Positions 29,232 through 38,378 of a stretch of DNA of 64,000 nt are shown here, piece by piece. The stretch is taken from the NCBI GenBank assembly GCA_052034405.1, contig JBPOIO010000004.1:64751-128750 (forward strand). Direction: 5' to 3'. The DNA is from Candidatus Magasanikiibacteriota bacterium. Lineage in GTDB: Bacteria; Patescibacteriota; Patescibacteriia; Magasanikbacterales; UBA922. The notes under the pieces were generated by a model. It searched no databases. It was not told the DNA's origin and saw only the letters and a program-made list of their open reading frames with translations. Position 1 is the stretch's first letter; every line of letters starts with the position of its first letter. The position numbers and the translations under genes are program-made.

Positions 29232-29816
29232 TTATTCTGCTTTTTTAGTTTCTTTTTTTGTTGCAACTTTCTTTACTGTTTTTGCAGTTTCAGAAGCAAC
29301 TTTTGGAGCTTCACTTTTTGAAGCAGGTGCACGATGTCCCTCTTTTTTAAAGAGTTCCAAAGCTTTAAAGGTCGCTTTTACATTTGTTACTTTGTTATTT
29401 GTTTTACTGAGTGTTTTTGCAGAAGCATTTGGAACACCAGCCATTTCAAGAACGATACGAGTAGCACCACCAGCGATAATACCAGATCCGATAGGAGCAG
29501 GTTTAAGCATGATGTGAGCTGCTTTAAATTTGGCTTCTACACGATGTGGGATAGTTTGTTTTTTCAAAGGAACACGAATAATGCATTTTTTTGCTTGATT
29601 TACTGCTTTTTCTACAGCAATTTGTACATCTTTTCCTTTGTCAACACCATAACCAACGCGACTATTACGATCACCGATAAGAACAGTGGCACGAAAACTC
29701 ATTTGTTTTCCACCTTTGGTCACACGAGTTACGCGAGCCAAATCCAAAATATGCTGGTCAAATTCAGGTTTTTCTTTTTTTTCTCCTCTAAATTTTCCTT
29801 TTCCTTGCTGTACCAT
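29232..29816 (-). CDS. rpsE: 30S ribosomal protein S5
   Basis: RVTRVTKGGK, KPAPIGSGIIAGG; Lys-rich tail. Confidence 0.97.
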   Translation of the reverse strand: MVQQGKGKFRGEKKEKPEFDQHILDLARVTRVTKGGKQMSFRATVLIGDRNSRVGYGVDKGKDVQIAVEKAVNQAKKCIIRVPLKKQTIPHRVEAKFKAAHIMLKPAPIGSGIIAGGATRIVLEMAGVPNASAKTLSKTNNKVTNVKATFKALELFKKEGHRAPASKSEAPKVASETAKTVKKVATKKETKKAE

Positions 29817-29846
29817 ATTGAAATAATTTTAGAATCTATTTTTATT

Positions 29847-30170
29847 TTAGAATTCAAGTCCACCTTCACGAGCACCATCAGCAACTGCTTTTACTCGACC
29901 ATGGTAGGCATATCCAGCGCGGTCAAAAACTACTTTCTTGATTCCAAGAGCAATAGCTTTTGCAGCAATCTGTTTTCCAAGTTCTTGTGGTTCATCATGT
30001 TTCATTCCAACAAGTGTTGTACCTTTTGTATCATCAATAATCTGAACGTACAAAGATTTCAGAGATCTGAAAACAGACAAACGTGGACGTTCTGTTGTAC
30101 CAAGTACACGAGAGCGAACACGAGCTTTGCGGCGATTTCTCTTTTGAATTCGAGTCGTAAGTTTTTTCAT
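29847..30170 (-). CDS. rplR: 50S ribosomal protein L18
   Basis: [31 protein letters not shown]. Confidence 0.97.
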   Translation of the reverse strand: MKKLTTRIQKRNRRKARVRSRVLGTTERPRLSVFRSLKSLYVQIIDDTKGTTLVGMKHDEPQELGKQIAAKAIALGIKKVVFDRAGYAYHGRVKAVADGAREGGLEF

Positions 30171-30197
30171 ATATTTTTGATACAGGTCTATTTATTT

Positions 30198-30737
30198 TTA
30201 AGATTTAGCAGTTTTTCCTGCTTTACGACGGATCACTTCATCCATATACTTGATACCTTTTCCTTTATATGGTTCTGGTTTACGAATCTGACGAATTTCG
30301 GCAGCAATCGCACCAAGAAGTTCTACATCAAATGATTCCAAAGTAATAACATTTTTTTCTACAGAAACAGTCAAATGTTCAGGGATTTTGAAAATCACAG
30401 GATGAGAAAAGCCAACATCAAGTCGCAAATCTTTTCCTTGCATAGCAACTTTATATCCAACTCCGTTTACTTCAAGTTGTTTTTTGAAACCAGTGGTAAC
30501 ACCATTGACCATATTTTGAATATGAGCACTGTATGTTCCCCAAAGTGAACGTTCTTTCTTTTCTTCTTTATTGACAACATCAACAGTAATAGCATTGTCA
30601 GCCATCGTCAAGTGAACGATTGCAGGAACAGCGCGTTTGAGTTCCCCTTTTGGTCCTTTTACAGTAACCAAATCAGGTTTCAAATCGACTGTAACTCCCG
30701 CAGGAATGGTAATAACTTGTTTTCCAATACGTGACAT
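30198..30737 (-). CDS. rplF: 50S ribosomal protein L6
   Basis: MSRIGK, VKGPKGEL, PEPYKGKGI. Confidence 0.97.
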   Translation of the reverse strand: MSRIGKQVITIPAGVTVDLKPDLVTVKGPKGELKRAVPAIVHLTMADNAITVDVVNKEEKKERSLWGTYSAHIQNMVNGVTTGFKKQLEVNGVGYKVAMQGKDLRLDVGFSHPVIFKIPEHLTVSVEKNVITLESFDVELLGAIAAEIRQIRKPEPYKGKGIKYMDEVIRRKAGKTAKS

Positions 30738-30742
30738 ATAAT

Positions 30743-31132
30743 TTAGAAAATACTACAAATAATTTCTCCACCAATTCCTTTTTGTCGAGCTTCTTTGTTT
30801 GTCATAAGACCAACAGAAGTTGAAACGATAGCAATACCGTAGTCATTGAGAACACGAGGTAAATCTTCTGCTTTCACATACATTCGGTGTCCTGGCTTAC
30901 TTTCACGTTTGATAGATGAAATAGCAGGAGTTCTGCCATCATACTTGAGGGTGATGCGCAGTGCTGGACGTTCAGCGTCAGTTTTTTCTACACTCAAAAG
31001 ATAGCCTTGGTTTTGCAAGATTTGGGCAATGTTTTCTTTGAGCTTAGAAAATGTCACTTCAATAACGCGTTTGTGTGCACGTTGTGCATTGCGAATTGAT
31101 GTGAGCATGTCAGCAATAGGATCAGTCATCAT
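30743..31132 (-). CDS. rpsH: 30S ribosomal protein S8
   Basis: DPIADMLTSIRNA, SKPG-x-R-x-Y, STSVGLMT, GGEII. Confidence 0.96.
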   Translation of the reverse strand: MMTDPIADMLTSIRNAQRAHKRVIEVTFSKLKENIAQILQNQGYLLSVEKTDAERPALRITLKYDGRTPAISSIKRESKPGHRMYVKAEDLPRVLNDYGIAIVSTSVGLMTNKEARQKGIGGEIICSIF

Positions 31133-31175
31133 ACGTTATGTGTATATAGTATAAATATACTCTTTATATTAAAAT

Positions 31176-31361
31176 TTACCAACTTGACTTACGAACTCCA
31201 GGCAATTTGCCTTCATTGGCAAGTTCTCGGAAACAGATACGGCAGAGCTTGAACATTCTCATATACCCGCGAACACGTCCACATTTCCAACATCTTCGTA
31301 CAATACGAGTTGGGAATTTTGGAGTTTTTTTGGATCTTGCGATTTGTGCTTGTGTAGCCAT
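31176..31361 (-). CDS. rpsN: 30S ribosomal protein S14 (zinc-binding type Z)
   Basis: RCWKCGR...LCRICFRE...PGVRKSSW. Confidence 0.96.
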   Translation of the reverse strand: MATQAQIARSKKTPKFPTRIVRRCWKCGRVRGYMRMFKLCRICFRELANEGKLPGVRKSSW

Positions 31362-31374
31362 AAATGTTTATAAA

Positions 31375-31917
31375 TTATTTTGCATCTCTAAATGGAAAAC
31401 CGAGTTTCGACAAAAGGAGTTGACCTTCTTTTGGATTCTTTGCAGAAGTCGAAATAACAACTTGGAGTCCATGAATTTTATCAATTGCATCAATACCGAT
31501 TTCTGGGAATGCAATGTTTTCTTTAAAACCAATTGAATAATTTCCTTGTCTATCAAAATTTTTCACAGAAACTCCACGAAAATCACGAACACGAGGAAAA
31601 GTAATGTGAATCAATTTATATAAAAAGTTATACATTGATGGTCCTCGAAGTGTTACTGACATACCAATTTCCATTCCTTCACGAATTTTGAAGTTAGAAA
31701 TTGATTTGGTTGTTTTATTTCGAACTGGCTTTTGTACAGTATTCTAAGTAACAGTATTTGCAACATTTTCAATATAAGCGTTGTCTTTGACATGACGCCC
31801 ATACCCAACGTTGACCACAATTTTTTTGAGGGCAGGAACTTGCATGATATTAGTATATCCAAGCTCGCTCTTCAAATCTTTTTGGATTTTTTTGTATTGT
31901 TCGTACAGTGGAGACAT
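31375..31917 (-). CDS. rplE: 50S ribosomal protein L5, with in-frame TAG at 31744-31746 (probable sequence error)
   Basis: The two track ORFs share one frame: ...KIVVNVGYG...NTVT*NTVQKPV...SISNFKIREG...VTLRG...PRVRDFRG...FPEI; 181 codons including the terminal stop. Confidence 0.9.
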
Positions 31918-31925
31918 ATATAACA

Positions 31926-32243
31926 TTAAATCATTTCACCGCTTTTTTTAGCAATGCGTTTTTTAGTTTCACCATCTTTGGTATATCCAATACGAGTTGG
32001 TTTTTTCGTACTTGGATCAATCACCATCACTTTTGAAGCGTGGAGTGGCGCAGCAAGTTCTAGAATCTGACCTTTTTCTCCAGCTTTACGGGTACGAAGG
32101 TGTTTTTTTCGCATATTTGCACCTTCAACAACAACGAAAAATTGTCCCGTAGATTTTTTCTTCAGTACTTGAATTACTTTTCCGGTCTTTCCTTTTTCAC
32201 GACCAGAGATAATTTTTACATTGTCATTGTTTTTGATTTTCAT
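31926..32243 (-). CDS. rplX: 50S ribosomal protein L24
   Basis: VKIISGREKGKTGKV, VEGAN, PLHASKV. Confidence 0.96.
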   Translation of the reverse strand: MKIKNNDNVKIISGREKGKTGKVIQVLKKKSTGQFFVVVEGANMRKKHLRTRKAGEKGQILELAAPLHASKVMVIDPSTKKPTRIGYTKDGETKKRIAKKSGEMI

Positions 32244-32265
32244 ACGTGTAGTGAATTGCTAATGT

Positions 32266-32637
32266 TTATACAACCTCAGGAGACAGAGAAATAATCTTTT
32301 GGTATCCTTTTGTACGAAGCTCACGAGCAATCGGCCCAAAGATACGAGTTCCTTTTGGTTCATTGTTTTTCATGTCAATAATCACCGCAGCGTTTTCACT
32401 AAAACGGATATAGGTTCCGTCTTTGCGGCGAACTTCTTTTTTACTTCGAACAAGAACAGCGTGTACCACTTCACCTTTTTTGACCATACCACGAGGCACT
32501 GCTTCTTTCACAGAGCAAGTCACAATATCGCCAATACGAGCATAGCGTTTTTGATAACCACCAAGCACGCGAATACACATAAGTTTTTTGGCACCGGTAT
32601 TGTCGGCTACCGCGATCATTGATCTATGTTGAATCAT
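32266..32637 (-). CDS. rplN: 50S ribosomal protein L14
   Basis: MIQ...[21 protein letters not shown]. Confidence 0.98.
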   Translation of the reverse strand: MIQHRSMIAVADNTGAKKLMCIRVLGGYQKRYARIGDIVTCSVKEAVPRGMVKKGEVVHAVLVRSKKEVRRKDGTYIRFSENAAVIIDMKNNEPKGTRIFGPIARELRTKGYQKIISLSPEVV

Positions 32638-32642
32638 ATAAT

Positions 32643-32918
32643 TTATTTCTTATTTACCAAAAACCAACGTTTTCGAGTTGAAAGTGGTCGGCATTCTTCA
32701 ATCGTTACCACATCCCCTACTTTTGCAATACCTTGTTCATCATGAACTGCAAAATTTCGGCGTTGTTTGTATTGTTTATTATATTTTGCTTGTACTTTGA
32801 TACTTTCAACACACACTTTCACAGTTTTGATTCCAGAAACAGAAACCACAACACCTTCAAACTGGCGCTTGCGCACTTCAGGGACTTTCGTTTCTTTTTT
32901 TACAGTCTTTTTTTCCAT
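32643..32918 (-). CDS. rpsQ: 30S ribosomal protein S17
   Basis: [22 protein letters not shown]. Confidence 0.95.
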   Translation of the reverse strand: MEKKTVKKETKVPEVRKRQFEGVVVSVSGIKTVKVCVESIKVQAKYNKQYKQRRNFAVHDEQGIAKVGDVVTIEECRPLSTRKRWFLVNKK

Positions 32919-32929
32919 ATTTGAAATAA

Positions 32930-33124
32930 TTATGATTGTTTCTTGAGTTTTGTAAGTGCAGTTGCAATTTGAGCAATCTCTTCACGAACAGGTCGAATTG
33001 CTTTGACATTTTTGAGCTGACCTTCCAAAATTTTGAAACGAAGCTCACGAAGCAATGCTCGTTTTTCACTAAGCAATGTTGTCAAAGTTTCTGCATCTTT
33101 TTGTAACAATTCATTAAAATCCAT
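32930..33124 (-). CDS. rpmC: 50S ribosomal protein L29
   Basis: Position between rplP and rpsQ; ELRF...GQLKN...IRPVREEIAQI. Confidence 0.92.
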   Translation of the reverse strand: MDFNELLQKDAETLTTLLSEKRALLRELRFKILEGQLKNVKAIRPVREEIAQIATALTKLKKQS

Positions 33125-33133
33125 AAGGCTTTT

Positions 33134-33547
33134 TTATATTTTCTGTGAAAATTTCCCTTTCAAAGGTAATTTGTGTGAAGCAAATACCAAGGCTTCTTTT
33201 GCTTTTTCTTCTGTGATACCAGTCATTTCAAACAAAACAGTTCCAGGTTTGACAGTACAAACATAATGATCTGGAGAACCTTTTCCTCCACCCATCGGAA
33301 TTCCGGCACCTTTTGAAGTTACAGGACGATCAGGGAAGATACGAATCCACAATTTTCCACCACGTTTGATATAACGGGTCAACACGCGACGAGCTGCTTC
33401 AATTTGACGTGAAGTCACCCATGCATGACTTGTAGAAGTAAGACCAAACTGACCAAACGCAATAGTATTTGTGCGTGAAGCAACACCTTTATTACGTCGG
33501 CGTGGTTTGTGCCATTTTCTATGTTTTACTTTTTTTGGTATCAACAT
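33134..33547 (-). CDS. rplP: 50S ribosomal protein L16
   Basis: [31 protein letters not shown]. Confidence 0.97.
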   Translation of the reverse strand: MLIPKKVKHRKWHKPRRRNKGVASRTNTIAFGQFGLTSTSHAWVTSRQIEAARRVLTRYIKRGGKLWIRIFPDRPVTSKGAGIPMGGGKGSPDHYVCTVKPGTVLFEMTGITEEKAKEALVFASHKLPLKGKFSQKI

Positions 33548-33556
33548 ACAGTAATC

Positions 33557-34255
33557 TTATTTTTTATTTTGTTGTACTTTTTTTTCTTCTGGTTCACTTG
33601 CATGAGCAAAAGCGTCTTTTCTTCCAAATACCAAACCACGATAGATCCAAACTTTGACACCGATTTTACCATACATTGTTTGTGCTGGTACGGCAGCGTA
33701 GTCTACATCTGAACGAAGTGTGATCAATGGAATTTTTCCTTTTGCTAATGTTTCTGTACGAGCAATTTCTACACCATTCAAACGGCCAGACATACGGATT
33801 TTGATTCCTTGTGCACCAGCTTTCATCACACGTTCAATAGTTTGTTTCATTGCACGGCGGAATGGAATACGTTTTTCTGTATCAGCAACAATAGATTGAG
33901 CTACTACATGAGCAGACAATGCAGGTGATTTCAATTCTTGAACATTGAGTTTGATCTTTCCTTTCATTTTAAGAACAGATCGTTCCAAATGTTTTCGAAC
34001 TTCATTCAAGCCTTCGCCACTGCGTCCGATAATAAAACCAGGTTTTGCTGCCAAAATTGTAATATTTACACTTTTTTGATCTCGTTCAATACTCATTGAA
34101 TCAATACCCGCATCTTTGAATTTTTTCAAAAGGTATTCACGGATTTTGATATCTTGCTCAGCCAAAAGAGCATAGTCGTTTTTACTAAACCAGCGAGAGT
34201 CCCAAGTATAAATAACTTGTGTTCGATGAATTTTCGGATGGACTTTATGACCCAT
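33557..34255 (-). CDS. rpsC: 30S ribosomal protein S3
   Basis: MGHKVHP, PGFIIGRSG, SGRLNGVEIAR, GKIGVKVWI. Confidence 0.97.
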   Translation of the reverse strand: MGHKVHPKIHRTQVIYTWDSRWFSKNDYALLAEQDIKIREYLLKKFKDAGIDSMSIERDQKSVNITILAAKPGFIIGRSGEGLNEVRKHLERSVLKMKGKIKLNVQELKSPALSAHVVAQSIVADTEKRIPFRRAMKQTIERVMKAGAQGIKIRMSGRLNGVEIARTETLAKGKIPLITLRSDVDYAAVPAQTMYGKIGVKVWIYRGLVFGRKDAFAHASEPEEKKVQQNKK

Positions 34256-34265
34256 AGTCGTAATG

Positions 34266-34646
34266 TTATTTAGCTGTTTTTTTGCTTACTTTTTTAGTTT
34301 CTTCAAGCACGTCGCCTTCGATAACCAAAGTGATATGACTTGTACGTTTGCGAATCGGAGTTGCACGTCCTTGTGCACGAGGCATTGATCGATACAGAAT
34401 AGGGCCTCCATCAACAGTAGCAGTTTTGATAATCAATGTTTCTGGATTAATACTTGCATTATGCTCAGCATTTGCTACGGCAGAAGCAAGAAGCTTGTGC
34501 ACGGGTAAAGAAGCATGTCGTTTTGAAAATTGCAACTGGAGCAATGCCTCATCAACTTTCATACCGCGAATCATATCAATCACAAGTCTGGCTTTTCGTG
34601 GAGCCATGCGCAAGTATCGTAATTTTGCTGTAGCAGTTTTTTTCAT
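34266..34646 (-). CDS. rplV: 50S ribosomal protein L22
   Basis: APRKARLV, SAVANAEHN, PRAQGRA, KRTSHI. Confidence 0.97.
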   Translation of the reverse strand: MKKTATAKLRYLRMAPRKARLVIDMIRGMKVDEALLQLQFSKRHASLPVHKLLASAVANAEHNASINPETLIIKTATVDGGPILYRSMPRAQGRATPIRKRTSHITLVIEGDVLEETKKVSKKTAK

Positions 34647-34670
34647 AAAATATTGAAAACGTTACGTGTA

Positions 34671-34964
34671 TTATTTCTTAGCGTCTTTTCCTTGATCTTT
34701 TGCCATTTTTCCACCATGATGAAGGAATTTACGAGTTGGAGAAAATTCTCCAAGCTTGTGTCCTACCATGTTTTCATCAACAAATACATCCAAAAAGTTT
34801 TTGCCATTATGAACAGCAAATGTCATTCCAACCATCTCAGGAGTAATAGTACTTGCGCGAGCCCATGTTTTGATAGTTTTTTTATCATTTGCGGCTTTTG
34901 CTTTTGCTACTTTCTCTTGGAGCTTTTCATCGATGTATGGCCCTTTTTTCAAACTTCTTGACAT
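34671..34964 (-). CDS. rpsS: 30S ribosomal protein S19
   Basis: [28 protein letters not shown]. Confidence 0.98.
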   Translation of the reverse strand: MSRSLKKGPYIDEKLQEKVAKAKAANDKKTIKTWARASTITPEMVGMTFAVHNGKNFLDVFVDENMVGHKLGEFSPTRKFLHHGGKMAKDQGKDAKK

Positions 34965-34974
34965 ATAGAATTAT

Positions 34975-35817
34975 TTATTTCTTTCCTTTACGGCGTGACA
35001 CAATAAATGCATCACTCCACTTTCCACGTTTACGAGTTTTGATACCCATAGCTTTTTTACCCCATGGTGTTTTTGGACCTCCACGCAAACCGATTGGACT
35101 ATGTCCTTCTCCACCTCCATGTGGATGGTCTACTGGGTTCATGTTCTTTCCACCAACACGAGGTTTGATACCACGGTGACGCATACGTCCAGCTTTTCCA
35201 TATCGTACCAGTCCGTAATCAGCATTTCCAAGAGTTCCAATAGTAGCAGATGCGTTTTTCTTTACCAAGCGAACTTCTCCAGATGGCATTTTGAGCTGTG
35301 CATATTCACCCTCAATAACCTGAAGCTGTGCAGAATTTCCAGCACCACGAACCATTTGACCACCTTGTCCAGCAACCAATTCTACGTTGTGTACAAAAAG
35401 ACCAACTGGAATATTTTCAAGAGGCATACGAGTTCCAGGAGCTGGATCGATTTTTTTCTGAGAAGAAATAACCGTATCCCCTACTTTTACGCCATTGAAT
35501 CCAAGAATATATGATTTTACTCCATCCGCATATTCCACAAGACAAATTCGGCATCCACGATTTGGATCGTATTCAATCGTTTTTACTGTTGCTGGAATAT
35601 CAAATTTATTTTGAAGAAAATCAACTTTGCGGTACATCTGTTTTGCTCCACCACCATGGTGACGAACCGTGATAATACCCATGTTATTGCGTCCACTGTG
35701 TTTTTTTCGTGGTTCAATAAGAGATTTTTCTGGTTTGAAACTAGTAATATCAGAAAAATCCTGCACACTTGATTTGCGGCGTCCGGCACTGGTTGGTTTG
35801 TGATGTTTAATTGCCAT
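34975..35817 (-). CDS. rplB: 50S ribosomal protein L2
   Basis: GRNN-x-G, EYDPNR, MNPVDHPHGGGEG, TPWG. Confidence 0.98.
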   Translation of the reverse strand: MAIKHHKPTSAGRRKSSVQDFSDITSFKPEKSLIEPRKKHSGRNNMGIITVRHHGGGAKQMYRKVDFLQNKFDIPATVKTIEYDPNRGCRICLVEYADGVKSYILGFNGVKVGDTVISSQKKIDPAPGTRMPLENIPVGLFVHNVELVAGQGGQMVRGAGNSAQLQVIEGEYAQLKMPSGEVRLVKKNASATIGTLGNADYGLVRYGKAGRMRHRGIKPRVGGKNMNPVDHPHGGGEGHSPIGLRGGPKTPWGKKAMGIKTRKRGKWSDAFIVSRRKGKK

Positions 35818-35847
35818 ATAAAGTTAGTTTCTTATTTTCAGTATCAC

Positions 35848-36285
35848 TTATACTCCTTCGTGAATTGCGAGTCTTTGTTCTTTGCTTACTTTTACAATTG
35901 CTTTTTTATAATCATTTCTTCGTCCAAGGCGACGTCCAAAATGTGTTTCTTTTCCTTGAACATGAATGGTTCGAACCTTCAAAGGTCGTACTCCATATAC
36001 TTCTTCAATAGCTTTTGCAATTTCAATCTTATTTGCATTTTTATCTACCAAGAAAGTATAACTATGCAAAGTTTCTGTTAACGTTGATTTTTCACTTACA
36101 ATAGGAGCAAGAAGTACGCGATGAGCATTACCATGCAAACTTACTTTTCCATGTGCAGATACTGTTTCAGTTTTTTTTGCTTTTGCTTTTTTTGGTTTTT
36201 CAGCAGAAACAGCAGACGCTTCAACAGAGGCTACTTCAGTAGCTTTTTTTGGAGTTCTTTTTTTAATAGTTTCGATAATACCCAT
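35848..36285 (-). CDS. rplW: 50S ribosomal protein L23 with Lys/Ala-rich N-terminal extension
   Basis: PIVSEKS, YTFLV, ANKIEI, KKAIV. Confidence 0.95.
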   Translation of the reverse strand: MGIIETIKKRTPKKATEVASVEASAVSAEKPKKAKAKKTETVSAHGKVSLHGNAHRVLLAPIVSEKSTLTETLHSYTFLVDKNANKIEIAKAIEEVYGVRPLKVRTIHVQGKETHFGRRLGRRNDYKKAIVKVSKEQRLAIHEGV

Positions 36286-36318
36286 ATTTCAAAATTTATA
36301 CACTGTATAAGTGTGCCA

Positions 36319-36945
36319 TTAGGACAATCTTTTCTCTAAAATACGAACAGATTCAACACTTGCAATAATATATTTGTGATGGAGAAGATCCATAACATTT
36401 ACATCAACTGCTTGTTTGAATTCACAATTTGGCAAGTTCTTCAATGGTTGAATCAAATCTGCATTCATTGAAGGGAGCAAAAACAAAGTTGTTTTTCCTG
36501 AACCAGGAAGTGCTTTTCGTAAAGCTGCCATTTCTTTTGTTTTTCCTTTTGTAATAAAATCTTCAAGTACCAAAAATTCTTCGCCTTTTACTTTTTCAGA
36601 CAGAGTCATCATCACAGCACTTCGACTCATTTTTTTGTTGATTTTTTGTTTATAAGTACGAACACTCAAAGGACCAAAAGTGACACCTCCACCTTTCCAA
36701 ATTGGAGAGCGGATAGAACCATGACGAGCACGTCCAGTTCCTTTTTGTTTCCAAGGTTTTTTACCACCTCCACGAACTTCACCTTTGTCTTTGGTATCAG
36801 CCCAAGGACTGCGAAGATTCGCGCGAATAGCTTGGTATACTTGGTGTACCAAACTTGTTTGTACAGGAACAGCGAAAACAGCTTCGTTCAATTCCAAAGT
36901 ACTCGCTGATTTTCCTTCTTTGTTGTAAACTTTTACTTGTGTCAT
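36319..36945 (-). CDS. rplD: 50S ribosomal protein L4
   Basis: EVRGGGKKPWKQKGTGRARHGSIRSP-x-W-x-GGG. Confidence 0.98.
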   Translation of the reverse strand: MTQVKVYNKEGKSASTLELNEAVFAVPVQTSLVHQVYQAIRANLRSPWADTKDKGEVRGGGKKPWKQKGTGRARHGSIRSPIWKGGGVTFGPLSVRTYKQKINKKMSRSAVMMTLSEKVKGEEFLVLEDFITKGKTKEMAALRKALPGSGKTTLFLLPSMNADLIQPLKNLPNCEFKQAVDVNVMDLLHHKYIIASVESVRILEKRLS

Positions 36946-36949
36946 AAAA

Positions 36950-37666
36950 TTATTGTGCTACTTCTTCAGCCACAGGAGCGGCTTCAGGCGCAGTTTGAGC
37001 GGCGACCTCTTCAATAAGAGCTTGATTCATTTTTTCTACTTCGATATTTCCATTTTCTGTAGAAATAAAGACAAGTGAGCCAAATGCACCTGGCAAAGCT
37101 CCTTTGATCAACATTTCGTTTGTTTCTGGATGTACTTCAACAACTTCCAAATTCTTTACCGTAATCTGAGCATCACCCATGTGACCTGCCATACGCATAC
37201 CTTTGAATACACGCTGAACACCACCTGCACCAATACTTCCTGGAGCACGCAAGTCGTGTTTGTGTCCGTGACTTGTAGAACCTCCACGGAATCCATGACG
37301 TTTTACAACACCTTGAAAACCTTTTCCTTTTGAAGTTCCAATAACTTTTACCTTTTCTCCTGGAGTAAAGGTAGTAACCGTGAATCTATCTCCACGATTC
37401 AAAGCCTGATCACTTTCTGTTTCGCGCAAATAACGAACAGTCACACCATTTTCGTGGTTGATGTCTTTCAAGTGCCCGAGTTCCGCTTTATTCAAGCGAA
37501 AGGTCTTTTGCATGCCAAATCCAATCTGAATTTTGGCAGTGCCATTTTCTTGTCTTACTTGAGTGACAAAGCATGGACCGGCTTGTACACGAGTTACAGG
37601 AACAACTGTACCATCTTCGCGGAATACCTGTGTCATGCTAAGTTTTTTCCCTAAAATGCATTTCAT
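36950..37666 (-). CDS. rplC: 50S ribosomal protein L3
   Basis: ILGKKLSMTQ, SKGKGFQG, RAPGSIG, MAGHMG. Start taken at ATG 37666. Confidence 0.97.
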   Translation of the reverse strand: MKCILGKKLSMTQVFREDGTVVPVTRVQAGPCFVTQVRQENGTAKIQIGFGMQKTFRLNKAELGHLKDINHENGVTVRYLRETESDQALNRGDRFTVTTFTPGEKVKVIGTSKGKGFQGVVKRHGFRGGSTSHGHKHDLRAPGSIGAGGVQRVFKGMRMAGHMGDAQITVKNLEVVEVHPETNEMLIKGALPGAFGSLVFISTENGNIEVEKMNQALIEEVAAQTAPEAAPVAEEVAQ

Positions 37667-37693
37667 ATAATGTGTGCGCAATTCAATGGTAAC

Positions 37694-37737
37694 AAAAAAC
37701 TAGAAGTAGCATCTTACCAATAGGGTACTACTTCTAG
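37694..37737 (-). terminator. Intrinsic terminator inside the rplC 5' leader
   Basis: CTAGAAGTAG...CTACTTCTAG followed by T6, about 28 nt before the rplC start. Confidence 0.75.
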
Positions 37738-37880
37738 CCTTTTATAAGTACAAAAACAGTTGTGGAAGGCTTTTTTAAATTTGTAAGTTCCTCACTGAAA
37801 ATCCTTGATTGGAGCAGATGTTTTCGTCCCAATAATGGGAGATCTTATCTGTATATCTTAGATTTTGTAAACGTGGGCCT

Positions 37881-37909
37881 ATTTTATACTATTTTTAGAC
37901 CCCTGTCAA
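37881..37909 (-). promoter_or_regulatory. rplC operon promoter TTGACA-N17-TAAAAT
   Basis: -35 at 37904-37909, -10 at 37881-37886. Confidence 0.75.
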
Positions 37910-37962
37910 GGGTTTTTCTTGACTTCTTTTTTCCCGGAAATCTTGGCTTATTTTAGCCAAGA

Positions 37963-38313
37963 TTATAACATTTTGATTTCGATGTCCACACCACTTGGCA
38001 AGTGGATGTTCATAAGTGCATCCATTGCTTTTGGATTTAGCTGTGTAATATCGATAATACGTTTGTGGATACGCATTTCGTATTGTTCTTCAGATGTATT
38101 ATGGACAAAAGTTGAACGGTTCACACTAAATTTTTTCTTTTCAGTTGGAAGAGGTACTGGACCAACAACTTTTGCGTTGTTTCGTTCAGCTGTATCCAAA
38201 ATAATTTTTGTAGCCTCATCGATAATTTTGTTATCGTAAGAAAAAATCTTAATGCGCACACGTGGTTCGGTGCTTGTTTGTTTTTCGTCTTTTTTCAATG
38301 CAACTTGTGCCAT
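37963..38313 (-). CDS. rpsJ: 30S ribosomal protein S10
   Basis: VRIKI-x-SYD, GPVPLPT, EQYEMRIHKR, LPSGVDIEIK. Confidence 0.96.
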   Translation of the reverse strand: MAQVALKKDEKQTSTEPRVRIKIFSYDNKIIDEATKIILDTAERNNAKVVGPVPLPTEKKKFSVNRSTFVHNTSEEQYEMRIHKRIIDITQLNPKAMDALMNIHLPSGVDIEIKML

Positions 38314-38340
38314 AGGAATATAAATAATGAACAAAACCAG

Positions 38341-38368
38341 CGAGGCGGGAGTAATAACTCCCGCCTCG
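38341..38368. other. Perfect 12-bp stem hairpin between tuf and rpsJ
   Basis: CGAGGCGGGAGT-AATA-ACTCCCGCCTCG; weak U tract, so a partial terminator or mRNA stabiliser. Confidence 0.6.
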
Positions 38369-38378
38369 ACAGATTGTC

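Noticed and set aside
29334-30335. Long antisense ORFs in the track (also 25355-26242, 42593-43492, 54734-55999, 59278-60180 and those inside the 16S and rnpB)
   Set aside because: Shadow frames opposite well-supported genes or RNAs, with Phe/Cys/Ser-rich non-protein-like composition.
11354-31746. Genome-wide stop codon reassignment (UGA=Gly or UAG sense)
   Set aside because: TGA ends valS and the sugar transferase at normal length, and TAG ends secY, rplO and malic enzyme. Only one internal case of each codon was seen.
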